Of a stretch of 64,000 bases of DNA, positions 24,048 through 32,201 are shown piece after piece. Numbering within the stretch: position 1 is the first letter of the stretch; each line of letters begins with the position of its first letter. A model generated the notes under the pieces. It saw only the letters and a program-made list of their open reading frames with translations. It was not told where the DNA came from and searched no databases. Position numbers and translations under genes: made by a program. The stretch is from an uncultured Chromatiaceae bacterium. GTDB lineage: Bacteria; Pseudomonadota; Gammaproteobacteria; Tenderiales; Tenderiaceae. The stretch covers positions 61,169 to 125,168 of the forward strand of contig CALZIO010000001.1 of the NCBI GenBank assembly GCA_945787785.1. Reading direction: 5' to 3'.

Positions 24048-24532
24048 TAACTTTCTGGGTCTGAAGGGCCGTTCTTAGAAGGCTGCTTATAGATCAAATG
24101 CTTCGGTCGTCGTCCATAGGTTCTTTTGATGACGATCTCACCAAACACACCACCAAATGCCGCCGCTTCAATAGCTACGATCAAAACCAGAATCCAGTAC
24201 CCAAACGGCAACAGGCCAACACCATCGGGCAACCCTTCGTAGTTCATCATTTGAATATAACTGTAACCACGGACGATGATAGGAACAAAATAACAAATCA
24301 ATTTACCGCCTAGGCCATAAACTAATGACACTACCATACCGGCAACAAATGGGACTAAAAACAGCGTTAATACCCACATCGGGCTAAAGGTCGAGACGCC
24401 AAAAAATAATTCCAGCCGTACACCCGGTGGCGGACTGAGATAATTCATTAAACGATCGCCAAAGTAATTTACAATTACACCAGCTGTAATGGCGACTGTA
24501 CCCATAACGATAGTCATTACACGGTTATTCAT
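24047..24532 (-). CDS. 4-TM membrane protein, unknown function
   Basis: 161 aa. Overlaps neighbouring genes by 1 nt and 8 nt, so translationally coupled. Confidence 0.5.
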   Translation of the reverse strand: MNNRVMTIVMGTVAITAGVIVNYFGDRLMNYLSPPPGVRLELFFGVSTFSPMWVLTLFLVPFVAGMVVSLVYGLGGKLICYFVPIIVRGYSYIQMMNYEGLPDGVGLLPFGYWILVLIVAIEAAAFGGVFGEIVIKRTYGRRPKHLIYKQPSKNGPSDPES

Positions 24533-25025
24533 TACTATCGCCTTGATACGACTCGCCAGTCAGTTTCTCAAACTCAGACTTTTTCACTTGATTTAAATAC
24601 CAGTCTTCAACCTTTAAGTTCGCCAGATATGCCGCCAGGGTTTTGCGATCTTCTTCAGGCAAATGGGAAAATGACGGCATTTGATATTCTGCTTTCAGCC
24701 GCGTTGGCAAAATCTGCTGTGGATCTGCTGCCGAAAGATAATCAAATAACCATGACTCATCACGCAGCGAACCGATCCCATCTAGAGCGGGTGCTGGCAC
24801 AGCCTGCATCGGATTCCGTACACCCCACAATGTGTGACAATCACGGCACTTTTGCTCCCGATAGAGTTCTCCACCCTTTTTCCGGACCTCGTTTGAGGCT
24901 GTACTATAAAAGGGAATTCCTTTATCCGGCTCAGTTTCTTGAGCTTGCCGATAACTATTTATACCTATAAACACAAAAACAATAACCGCGATTACAACCA
25001 GGATCCCTTTTTCACCTTTTCGCAT
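24525..25025 (-). CDS. membrane-anchored monoheme cytochrome c, NorC/CcoO-like
   Basis: 166 aa with an N-terminal TM. ELYREQKCRDCHTLWG resembles the NorC heme region. Paralog at 31494..32066. Confidence 0.7.
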   Translation of the reverse strand: MRKGEKGILVVIAVIVFVFIGINSYRQAQETEPDKGIPFYSTASNEVRKKGGELYREQKCRDCHTLWGVRNPMQAVPAPALDGIGSLRDESWLFDYLSAADPQQILPTRLKAEYQMPSFSHLPEEDRKTLAAYLANLKVEDWYLNQVKKSEFEKLTGESYQGDSNE

Positions 25026-25319
25026 TTATTCTTTGTTCTCAGCTTTTTCTTTTAAATTTTTATTCTCTGCTTTCTCTTGTAAAAGCTCTTCACGGCGTTT
25101 CATTTGAGCCTTCATGACATCCTGACTTTTCTTGAACTCTTCAGGCGTCATCTTATCCTTATCATTTTCATCAAACACCAGGTATTTGATATCCTCATCA
25201 AACTGTTCATTACGCGCAGCCCAGCGTATGGCAAAGATGGCAGCAACTATAATCAAGACACCGGCAACTAACCATACATAAATCGTCCAACCATCAGGTA
25301 ATTTATCTAAATCCATCAA
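25026..25319 (-). CDS. single-TM protein with charged C-terminal tail
   Basis: 97 aa. Adjacent to the cytochrome gene with no intergenic gap. Confidence 0.4.
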   Translation of the reverse strand: MMDLDKLPDGWTIYVWLVAGVLIIVAAIFAIRWAARNEQFDEDIKYLVFDENDKDKMTPEEFKKSQDVMKAQMKRREELLQEKAENKNLKEKAENKE

Positions 25320-25328
25320 ACCTCTCCT

Positions 25329-25652
25329 CTAAAATAGGTAACCTTGCAGCAACTGCATTGCCGCCATAATCACTGCCGCAACAATACCTAGATAAATCCA
25401 AAAAAACATGATTTTTTCACCAGTTTTGAGCTGCTTGACTGGCCCATCGGCATTAGTAGTTTTTGAACTACTTCTCATAAACTTAAATACAATAACTGTA
25501 AAAACAGCAATGCAAAAAAGCAGAAAGATAAAGATTCCCACACTAAACTGCTGGCTGTATAGACCTTCAACTCCCCAGCGATCATCCGTTATAGCCTGCA
25601 CAAATAGACCATCAAAGGCTGAAAAGGTTGCCAATGAGTCATGATAATTCAT
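25329..25652 (-). CDS. 2-TM membrane protein (start at ATG 25652; ORF-track TTG start at 25703 less likely)
   Basis: 107 aa. The terminator at 25702..25727 lies upstream, so this gene begins a new transcription unit. Confidence 0.4.
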   Translation of the reverse strand: MNYHDSLATFSAFDGLFVQAITDDRWGVEGLYSQQFSVGIFIFLLFCIAVFTVIVFKFMRSSSKTTNADGPVKQLKTGEKIMFFWIYLGIVAAVIMAAMQLLQGYLF

Positions 25653-25701
25653 CACACTTAATACCTGACTTTTGATATACCAAAGAACCGTAGTATACCT
25701 C

Positions 25702-25727
25702 AAAAAAAATGCCGCTCAGAGAGCGGC
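25702..25727 (-). terminator. rho-independent terminator ending the ccoN-ccoO-FixP_N-41aa unit
   Basis: On the minus strand: stem GCCGCTC..GAGCGGC followed by a T8 run. A second hairpin at 25744..25766. Confidence 0.5.
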
Positions 25728-25778
25728 AATAATATTCATCAAACTCCGGAGGTAAAAGCCTCCGGGTTTATTACATTG

Positions 25779-25904
25779 TTATGAATCTATCTGTTTCTTG
25801 CCTTTATCGTAATTATCAATAAAGAAACTGTAGATAAATGGGGCAACAAACACAACAATAATGATGCCCAGCAGCACCAACGGTGGATTATCAATATCTA
25901 TCAT
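25779..25904 (-). CDS. tiny single-TM protein (41 aa), possible CcoQ-position micro-subunit
   Basis: MIDIDNPPLVLLGIIIVVFVAPFIYSFFIDNYDKGKKQIDS. Sits between the FixP_N-like gene and the terminator. Confidence 0.3.
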   Translation of the reverse strand: MIDIDNPPLVLLGIIIVVFVAPFIYSFFIDNYDKGKKQIDS

Positions 25905-25924
25905 TTTAATCTCCTTAAAATCTT

Positions 25925-26554
25925 TTAGTGTGCAACACTGTGATCAGGCTGCCAACTGTAGTGTGGCAGACGCTTGATGACTATCAGCACCGCAATACAG
26001 AAATAAGCTACGTAGAAGATATCGATGGTATAACCCTTATCCCACCAAGGCTGTTTACGTTCACGAGTACCATCTGCTTTCCAATTGCCTTCGAAATTAG
26101 CCAGGACGACATGCGGACCAACGACTGTGTATTCACCCAGGTCAACACCCTTACGTTGTAACTCAATAACCTGACCTTCAATCATACGCAGATCATCCAT
26201 CTCAAGCGGGTGACGATCCAGCTGCCCCTGAATTCTTGCATTAGAGCTTTTGCCATTAGCCACGATGTACTCCATCTTGGCCCTGTCCCCATCAATCGCC
26301 TGAACTGCTGGACTATTCATCAACTTCAAATAGTCCTCATAGATTTCAGCCGTTGGGCGTTGCCCCCAAAGAGGGAAGGTAACCAAAAAAGCGCTGATAA
26401 TTGTCAAGCCCAGCAACCACACAACCGGTGATGGCAGACGGTTATTATCTTCTGCAATTCCCCCTAAACTTTCACCTTCCCATACCTTGGTTGCTGCTGA
26501 ATTTTGCTCTTCGTCAGTCAACGAGTACAGCGGTTTATCCATTTTCCATGACAT
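25925..26554 (-). CDS. membrane protein with FixP_N-like domain only (CcoP lacking both cytochrome c domains)
   Basis: 209 aa. NNRLPSPVVWLLGLTIISAFLVTFPLWGQRP aligns with CcoP [26 protein letters not shown]. No CxxCH. Lies directly downstream of the ccoO-like gene. Confidence 0.6.
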   Translation of the reverse strand: MSWKMDKPLYSLTDEEQNSAATKVWEGESLGGIAEDNNRLPSPVVWLLGLTIISAFLVTFPLWGQRPTAEIYEDYLKLMNSPAVQAIDGDRAKMEYIVANGKSSNARIQGQLDRHPLEMDDLRMIEGQVIELQRKGVDLGEYTVVGPHVVLANFEGNWKADGTRERKQPWWDKGYTIDIFYVAYFCIAVLIVIKRLPHYSWQPDHSVAH

Positions 26555-26568
26555 TGTTATTCTCCCCC

Positions 26569-27519
26569 TTACTTCAGGCTCATGATGAAGTCGATAAGAT
26601 AGCGAATTTCGCTATCCGCTGCGTAGTTTGGCACATCCGGCGGTATGACAGTTTTGCCATGCGCGTAGTCATTGTATGCTGTTCTCCAGGCATCATAGTC
26701 GATAGCCTTACCATCAGCATCATTCTCACCCCAGAGGTAATCATAACGAGGCATGATTGAATGTGGTTGCACCAAACGAGGATTAAAAAAGTGCATCATC
26801 ATCCACTCTTTAGATGCGTTACGAGAACCAACATGCAACAAGTCAGGTGCTTTCCGGTCAGAACCAAAGGCTGTTGGCGATTCACCATTATAATCACCTA
26901 GACGTGGTGGAATCCCAAAATACTGCCAATCCTGAGTTTGTTCAGGCAGCAAGGTATGACACCACCAGCAACCTTCACGAACAAACATGATTTTACCCGA
27001 ACCAATCAAATGGGTATTTGCATCACCCGCCGCATTCAACACCTGACTAGGCTGCCAACCACGAGTCGCTGATGCGTTCTCGATGTAGTTAACAGTTTCG
27101 CCATTGTGAGTGGCACGACTAATTACAAACACAGCACCATTATCGTGGTTAGCCTCTTCAATACGACCCTGCGCTGTACTCAACTCCGTTGCACCTGGAC
27201 CCAGTGTACGAGGATGGTTAATCCCACTCGGGAAAGGAGTGCCAGCTTCATACACAAATGCCTGCACAGTTTCGATTGGCTCATTGGTTTTAGGATCTTT
27301 ATTCAGAACCACTGTCTTCGGCTTGCCGTCACCGCGTAAAAATGGATCTTCATATGAGAACCCACCAATGCGGCCATAAGACAACTGCTTCGTTAAGCCC
27401 ATTTCAGTTACGGCTACTGATGTCATATCCACTGTAGGCATGTACAGCGTAATAACCATCGAGCCACCCAAGGCTACACCAAACAGGCGTGAGCCAATTT
27501 TATATTCTCTAAATGCCAT
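26569..27519 (-). CDS. ccoO: CcoO-like monoheme subunit II of cbb3-type oxidase, with an insertion of about 110 aa
   Basis: 316 aa with an N-terminal TM. VREGCWWCH and PDLLHVGSRNASKEWMMMHFFNPRLVQPHSIMPRY align with CcoO regions EGCYLCHS and [35 protein letters not shown]. Confidence 0.8.
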   Translation of the reverse strand: MAFREYKIGSRLFGVALGGSMVITLYMPTVDMTSVAVTEMGLTKQLSYGRIGGFSYEDPFLRGDGKPKTVVLNKDPKTNEPIETVQAFVYEAGTPFPSGINHPRTLGPGATELSTAQGRIEEANHDNGAVFVISRATHNGETVNYIENASATRGWQPSQVLNAAGDANTHLIGSGKIMFVREGCWWCHTLLPEQTQDWQYFGIPPRLGDYNGESPTAFGSDRKAPDLLHVGSRNASKEWMMMHFFNPRLVQPHSIMPRYDYLWGENDADGKAIDYDAWRTAYNDYAHGKTVIPPDVPNYAADSEIRYLIDFIMSLK

Positions 27520-27542
27520 TTATAAATCCTCCCCTACTATTA

Positions 27543-28949
27543 TTAACGTTCGTACGCCAATTCGTGTGGCAGACGGCCTTCTGGGATTTCAGTTCCGGCT
27601 TTAGCGGTCATATACATGTTGTACAACCAGACTATGTTACCGGTGAATACCATGGTGCCACCAATCCAACGCGCAATCATGTATGGATGTTCAGCGATTA
27701 CAACGTCAATATAGGGAACCTCGTAGATCTTACCTGCACCCTGAATCAAACCAGCGATGGTCATTGAAATCCAGTAGATTGCAAATCCGATCAGCAAGAA
27801 CCAGAAGTGGAAGTTAGCCAACGCCAGCGAATAAAGTTTACGACGCAGGATTGTTTGCAGACCGTAGTACACAGCCGCAGCTTCCAGAAATGTAGAGAAG
27901 CCAAGCAAGGCTAAATGAGCATGGGCAACGATCCAACCCGTACCATGGATATACCAGTTGATAGCACGTGTTTGTTGAAACCCACCTTGCATGTTCAGAG
28001 GAATCGCCAACATGACACCCGTGATGGTGTATTTGATTTCGACATTTTCCACAAACATGTGCCACTTACCAGTCATGGTCAACAGCAGGTTAGATACGAA
28101 AGCAATTGCAGGCACCAGGATCAACACCCCTTCTACAGAAGCGAATGACTTCAGCCACTCAGGCAAAGGCGCTGACATCAAATGGTGAGCCGCTGGTGTT
28201 GAGTAGAACACAACAACGGACCAAAAGTGCAAGTGACCAATACGATGCGAATAAAGCGGGTTACCGGTTACTTTTGGTACAGTGTAGTAAGCAATCGCCG
28301 CTGCGATTGGTGTAATCCAAAGACCTAATACATTGTGCGCAAACCACCATGTCAGGTATGCCTCACTCAAACCGGTCAGATTGAAGAACTCAGGGCTGTT
28401 ACCTACGATAAAAACGATGGTAACCATGAACACGCCAGCACCAAAGAACCAGTTAGTTGTATAGATGCCCTGGGTACGACGTTTGAGGATAGTCATCCAA
28501 ACGTTAAGCGCCATAGGTAATGCAATAAATGCAGCAATGTACAAATCTATAGCCCATGGAAAATCTGAATACTCACGACCAGAAGTCATACCGAACCACA
28601 GCAGAGTAAGGCCCAACGACAGACCGACGTTCCACAAGAAGCAGTTCCATACACCGAGTTTTTCAGACCACAGCTTGGTATTACCCAGCGCAGGCGTGAT
28701 GTACATCATTGCCATGGCGAATGCCATAGAAATCCAGCCAAAAATTACTGCCAGTACGTGAACCTGACGCATGTGACCGAACGAAAACAACTCAGAACCT
28801 GTCACAAAATCAGGAAATGCCAGTTTGGCCGCGTTAAACGATCCCAAACCAGTACCAACCACAAACCAAATAATAGACGAGAAACCAAAGAATACCGCTG
28901 CCGTACCTGGCGGGATATCCTCATTTCTTCTAAATAGATATTTCAACAT
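27543..28949 (-). CDS. ccoN: cbb3-type (C-family) heme-copper oxidase subunit I, CcoN-like
   Basis: 468 aa with 12 TM helices. Carries GHMRQVH, WWFAHN, FYSTPAAHH (Tyr six residues before the HH pair) and VAHAH. Confidence 0.85.
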   Translation of the reverse strand: MLKYLFRRNEDIPPGTAAVFFGFSSIIWFVVGTGLGSFNAAKLAFPDFVTGSELFSFGHMRQVHVLAVIFGWISMAFAMAMMYITPALGNTKLWSEKLGVWNCFLWNVGLSLGLTLLWFGMTSGREYSDFPWAIDLYIAAFIALPMALNVWMTILKRRTQGIYTTNWFFGAGVFMVTIVFIVGNSPEFFNLTGLSEAYLTWWFAHNVLGLWITPIAAAIAYYTVPKVTGNPLYSHRIGHLHFWSVVVFYSTPAAHHLMSAPLPEWLKSFASVEGVLILVPAIAFVSNLLLTMTGKWHMFVENVEIKYTITGVMLAIPLNMQGGFQQTRAINWYIHGTGWIVAHAHLALLGFSTFLEAAAVYYGLQTILRRKLYSLALANFHFWFLLIGFAIYWISMTIAGLIQGAGKIYEVPYIDVVIAEHPYMIARWIGGTMVFTGNIVWLYNMYMTAKAGTEIPEGRLPHELAYER

Positions 28950-29002
28950 GGTTTACAACCTCCCCCTTCTTTCGAAGATTAAAAAACTTAAAACTTGAAA
29001 TC

Positions 29003-29098
29003 TTATTCGTGACTACCAGGCATCATCAGATACCATGCAAACCACATACTGGAAAACGCAAGGATGATACAAAAAATTGTCGCTACCATCGTTAACAT
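29003..29098 (-). CDS. tiny hydrophobic protein (31 aa) immediately upstream of ccoN
   Basis: MLTMVATIFCIILAFSSMWFAWYLMMPGSHE. GGAGGGGATATT precedes the ATG. Confidence 0.3.
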   Translation of the reverse strand: MLTMVATIFCIILAFSSMWFAWYLMMPGSHE

Positions 29099-29169
29099 AA
29101 TATCCCCTCCGAAATACTTAAATTAAAATAGCTGGAATTGCCCCATTTAGCAGGAACAAAGAAACTTTA

Positions 29170-29451
29170 CTATTTGGCAGCCGCCGCTTCCAATTCACCG
29201 TGACGATTTAGTGAGATCAGCATAATAGCGGTGAACGCAACACCGAACACAATCATGCACCAGTTGATAAAGCCCATAAACGTTGATGGATCCAGGCCTT
29301 GCATACCCCAACCGCCCCAGTCATCAAAGCGAGCACGGCCGAGTGCGCACATTAATGCAGCACCAAACACACTACCATTACCCATACCTGTGGTAACTCC
29401 AGCAATTAGACTTACGATAAACGTTTTAGCTGGCGTCAGATTATTCATCAT
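29170..29451 (-). CDS. small membrane protein (93 aa)
   Basis: Two hydrophobic segments with a Gly-rich segment GVTTGMGNG. First gene of the minus-strand unit leading into ccoN. Confidence 0.4.
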   Translation of the reverse strand: MMNNLTPAKTFIVSLIAGVTTGMGNGSVFGAALMCALGRARFDDWGGWGMQGLDPSTFMGFINWCMIVFGVAFTAIMLISLNRHGELEAAAAK

Positions 29452-29781
29452 GATTCCCCTCCATTTGCGGTTTGGTCAACCCATTAACAGTATTGTAGCC
29501 TTCCAACTCCATCTGAATTCACCTTTGAGCCCCCCTCTCAGGTTTCTTTTTGACAGATTTACACTTCAAAATTGGAAGCCAACTCTGACCAGCGATATTT
29601 GCATATCTATTACAAACCAGTCAAGCGCTTTTTAAAAACAACCAACAGATTTTACTAAACTATTCTAGTAATTTTTCGCTCTCATTGATTAACTGTATAA
29701 TTCCTGCACAATTCACAGCCTGCACTCATCTTGCTTTAATTGATAAATCAGACTGGTACAGCAAATATACAGGGAATTTTG

Positions 29782-29976
29782 ATGAAGGAAATTATTATTT
29801 ATTCGATTGCGGCAATTGCAGTAATCACGGTGTTTGGCTACTCAATCCACATGTTTATTGGCGGGTTTGTTGAACCACAAACAGAAACACTTATTATCAC
29901 CGCTGGCTGCATATTTGCTGCCACTGTAATTGGCTTTCTTACCTGGGATATTATTAAGAAGAGACGCGGCAGCTAA
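29782..29976 (+). CDS. small 2-TM protein (64 aa)
   Basis: Start at the internal ATG of ORF 29740..29976. Transcribed divergently from the ccoN unit. Confidence 0.3.
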   Translation: MKEIIIYSIAAIAVITVFGYSIHMFIGGFVEPQTETLIITAGCIFAATVIGFLTWDIIKKRRGS

Positions 29977-29997
29977 ACCAAAAACCGCAAAGCAGAT

Positions 29998-30453
29998 TTA
30001 TTTGTATACTGACAAATGCGAGCGAACATCTTTAAAGTCCGACTCTTGCATAAATTGACCGCGGTGAAAAACAAACTGACGCTTCTTCCCTGACAGATCC
30101 ATACCCACCAAGCCAAACGATTTTCCTGCGTAATCAGGGAAATAACGAAGATCTTTTACCAGCTCCACTCGCTCTCCGCCGTTAACTGTAACTGCTACGG
30201 ACTTTTTCTGTAATTCAAGCCCGCGCGGAGATTTCGGCAATAACATCAGCCGAGTTCCCAGAATCCGGTTTGCGCCTATCAGAAAGATGAAAGTTGCCAG
30301 AAAAACAAGTACGTATGCCATAGTCTGGTCACCGCTGTACCAGGTTTTTGCTGCATAAGATGCCAGCACCAACACGACAGGCACATACAGCAGGGCATCC
30401 CAAGCCGCCCCGCGCTTATCTGAAGCCAGGTTATAGTTTTCTACTTTCGCCAT
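29998..30453 (-). CDS. membrane-anchored hypothetical protein
   Basis: 151 aa with two N-terminal TM helices and a soluble C-terminal domain. Its start abuts the stop of the thioredoxin-like gene. Confidence 0.5.
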   Translation of the reverse strand: MAKVENYNLASDKRGAAWDALLYVPVVLVLASYAAKTWYSGDQTMAYVLVFLATFIFLIGANRILGTRLMLLPKSPRGLELQKKSVAVTVNGGERVELVKDLRYFPDYAGKSFGLVGMDLSGKKRQFVFHRGQFMQESDFKDVRSHLSVYK

Positions 30454-30983
30454 TAACCTGTCTCAGAGCCAAGAACTTTCTTAAGCGTATACTCCAGCTC
30501 GCCGTACAGAACCCGTCCAGCCTGCTTGTACTGCACCACCTGATTTTCATCAATCACGTAAGTCCAGGGGTCACCCATGACCTTAAATGCCTTGAATGCT
30601 TCAGGGTTTTGATACTGATCCATATGCAGGAATATCACATCGTCGCCATAGACTTCCATTATCCCTTTCAACATCTGCAGCTGTTTATCGCAGACGGTAC
30701 AGTGTCCGGGCGTCGCAAATTCAAGCACAATAGGTTTACCTTGCGCCAAGGCATCATCCAGCGAATACTGGTACATTCTCTCATCAGGGTGGCGGTAACT
30801 GGTAATGCGACTGAAATCCCCGCCCACATCGGCTAAAGTCTTGGTCTTTACCTGAGGAGCAGTTGACCCCACTTGCAGCGAACCCTCAGGTGAGGCGCCA
30901 CAACCAACCAGTAATAAAGTAACTGACAACCCTAACAGGAACCGCATCATAGCCGCTCTCCTAATAATTCTTTTCCCAACCAA
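30453..30983 (-). CDS. TlpA/ResA-like thioredoxin-fold lipoprotein (CxxC)
   Basis: 176 aa with lipobox LLVGC. HCTVC redox motif in a thioredoxin-fold context (VLEFATPGHCTVC). Confidence 0.65.
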   Translation of the reverse strand: MVGKRIIRRAAMMRFLLGLSVTLLLVGCGASPEGSLQVGSTAPQVKTKTLADVGGDFSRITSYRHPDERMYQYSLDDALAQGKPIVLEFATPGHCTVCDKQLQMLKGIMEVYGDDVIFLHMDQYQNPEAFKAFKVMGDPWTYVIDENQVVQYKQAGRVLYGELEYTLKKVLGSETG

Positions 30984-31479
30984 TACAGGTTCTGACCAGA
31001 TTATATGCCCAGATACAGTTAGCTAACAGCACCATGGTTCCAAACAAACCCATCATAGCCAGCCATGGCTTGACTATCTGCTCCACTTCATCTGGTGACA
31101 TTGAAATGCTTGCCGTACCACCTAAGATGCCCGCAATTGTAAATAACAATACCATCCCAATCAAACCGGTATTATGGATCCAAAAATGCACTTTAACTAA
31201 GGTAACACTGTATATATGTCGCTTAACTAAGCGCGGAATAATGTAGTAAACGCCAGCAAAAATGGCCATTTCCACCCAGCCCAACAGATTTATATGAGTA
31301 TGAGCGCGCACAATCAGATTGCCATGTAAGCGATGGTCAACAAAATGGCGGAAATCTGATATCCCCCCCATTAATGCCCCCCAGGAAAAACCAATAAGAC
31401 TATATATAATGCAGCAGTATACAAACCAGAGAGTATATCGAATATAAACCTTATCCTCTGCCCAAGGTTGACCACTCAC
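30961..31479 (-). CDS. 4-TM mini-HCO paralog (C-terminal CcoN-like helices with HTH motif), copy 2
   Basis: 172 aa. RAHTHINLLGW and VHFWIHNTGLIGMVLLFTIAGILGG align with CcoN WIVAHAHLALLGF and FHFWFLLIGFAIYWISMTIAGLIQG. Confidence 0.6.
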   Translation of the reverse strand: MSGQPWAEDKVYIRYTLWFVYCCIIYSLIGFSWGALMGGISDFRHFVDHRLHGNLIVRAHTHINLLGWVEMAIFAGVYYIIPRLVKRHIYSVTLVKVHFWIHNTGLIGMVLLFTIAGILGGTASISMSPDEVEQIVKPWLAMMGLFGTMVLLANCIWAYNLVRTCIGWEKNY

Positions 31480-31493
31480 GCTATTACCCCCTA

Positions 31494-32066
31494 CTACTTT
31501 TCTTCTGCTTGTTTTTCACGCACATCCTGATACTTATCGCCCCAGTCATCAGGAGCAACCATCTTTAACATGCTATCAATAAACTGAGACTTCCCTTCAG
31601 GCGGGAGCGCTGATGAAGCAGAACCCTGCTCCGCCTTCAGACCAAAAAGGAACGAAGCTATTGCATGCAGATCTTCATCTGACATTTCAGCAACATAAGC
31701 AGCTTCTTTTGGCGGCATCCCATGATCAATTGTCATGGCCCCATAGGTATCTTCAGGTTTTTTTAGAAATGAATAGATCCAGTCAAAGCTGCGTTTCGAG
31801 CCAAGCCCATCAAGTGACAACCCCATGTTAGTGCCATTACGCATCGCTCGATGACATGAAGTACAACGCGCCTCACGAAAGATCTGAGTTCCACGCCGCC
31901 CTTCTTCATCAAACTCATAGTGGGTCTTGACCTCGAACATAGGCTTGTCTGAATTAAGACGCACAAACTCCAGCACAGCATAACCGATAACTGCCGCGAC
32001 TATGAACGCCCCAAATATTCCAAACAGGACCTTTTCACCCTGTTTTAACGACTGCTTTCCAGACAT
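31494..32066 (-). CDS. membrane-anchored monoheme cytochrome c, NorC-like (paralog of 24525..25025)
   Basis: 190 aa with an N-terminal TM and CTSCH. QIFREARCTSCHRAM..LSLDGLGSKRSFDWIYSFL parallels the paralog. Confidence 0.7.
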   Translation of the reverse strand: MSGKQSLKQGEKVLFGIFGAFIVAAVIGYAVLEFVRLNSDKPMFEVKTHYEFDEEGRRGTQIFREARCTSCHRAMRNGTNMGLSLDGLGSKRSFDWIYSFLKKPEDTYGAMTIDHGMPPKEAAYVAEMSDEDLHAIASFLFGLKAEQGSASSALPPEGKSQFIDSMLKMVAPDDWGDKYQDVREKQAEEK

Positions 32067-32112
32067 AACTTATTTCCAAACCCACCCATGTTGGCCACAC
32101 ACACACTGAACC

Positions 32113-32138
32113 CGCCACGAACAAAAAAGGCGGTTAAC
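32113..32138 (-). terminator. rho-independent terminator after cytochrome c4 gene
   Basis: On the minus strand: GGCGG-gttaa-CCGCC stem followed by a T6 run. A second strong hairpin (11-bp stem) lies at 32151..32180. Confidence 0.5.
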
Positions 32139-32201
32139 CCGCCTTTTAGATTGCCAGGGTGCAAATAAGTTGCACCCTGGATATTGTTAAAACACTAAAA
32201 A

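Noticed and set aside
26640-26670. Sigma-54-like TGGCAC-N5 element
   Set aside because: It lies inside the ccoO-like coding sequence and has a poor -12 element. Likely coincidental.
24525-28949. Possibility that the cluster is a cNOR (norCB) nitric oxide reductase
   Set aside because: Subunit I has the Tyr-x5-HH spacing and WWxxHN motif of cbb3 oxidases. Subunit II keeps CcoO-specific blocks (PDL..G..S.EW..H..NP). NO reduction is not excluded biochemically, but the sequence evidence favours a C-family oxidase.
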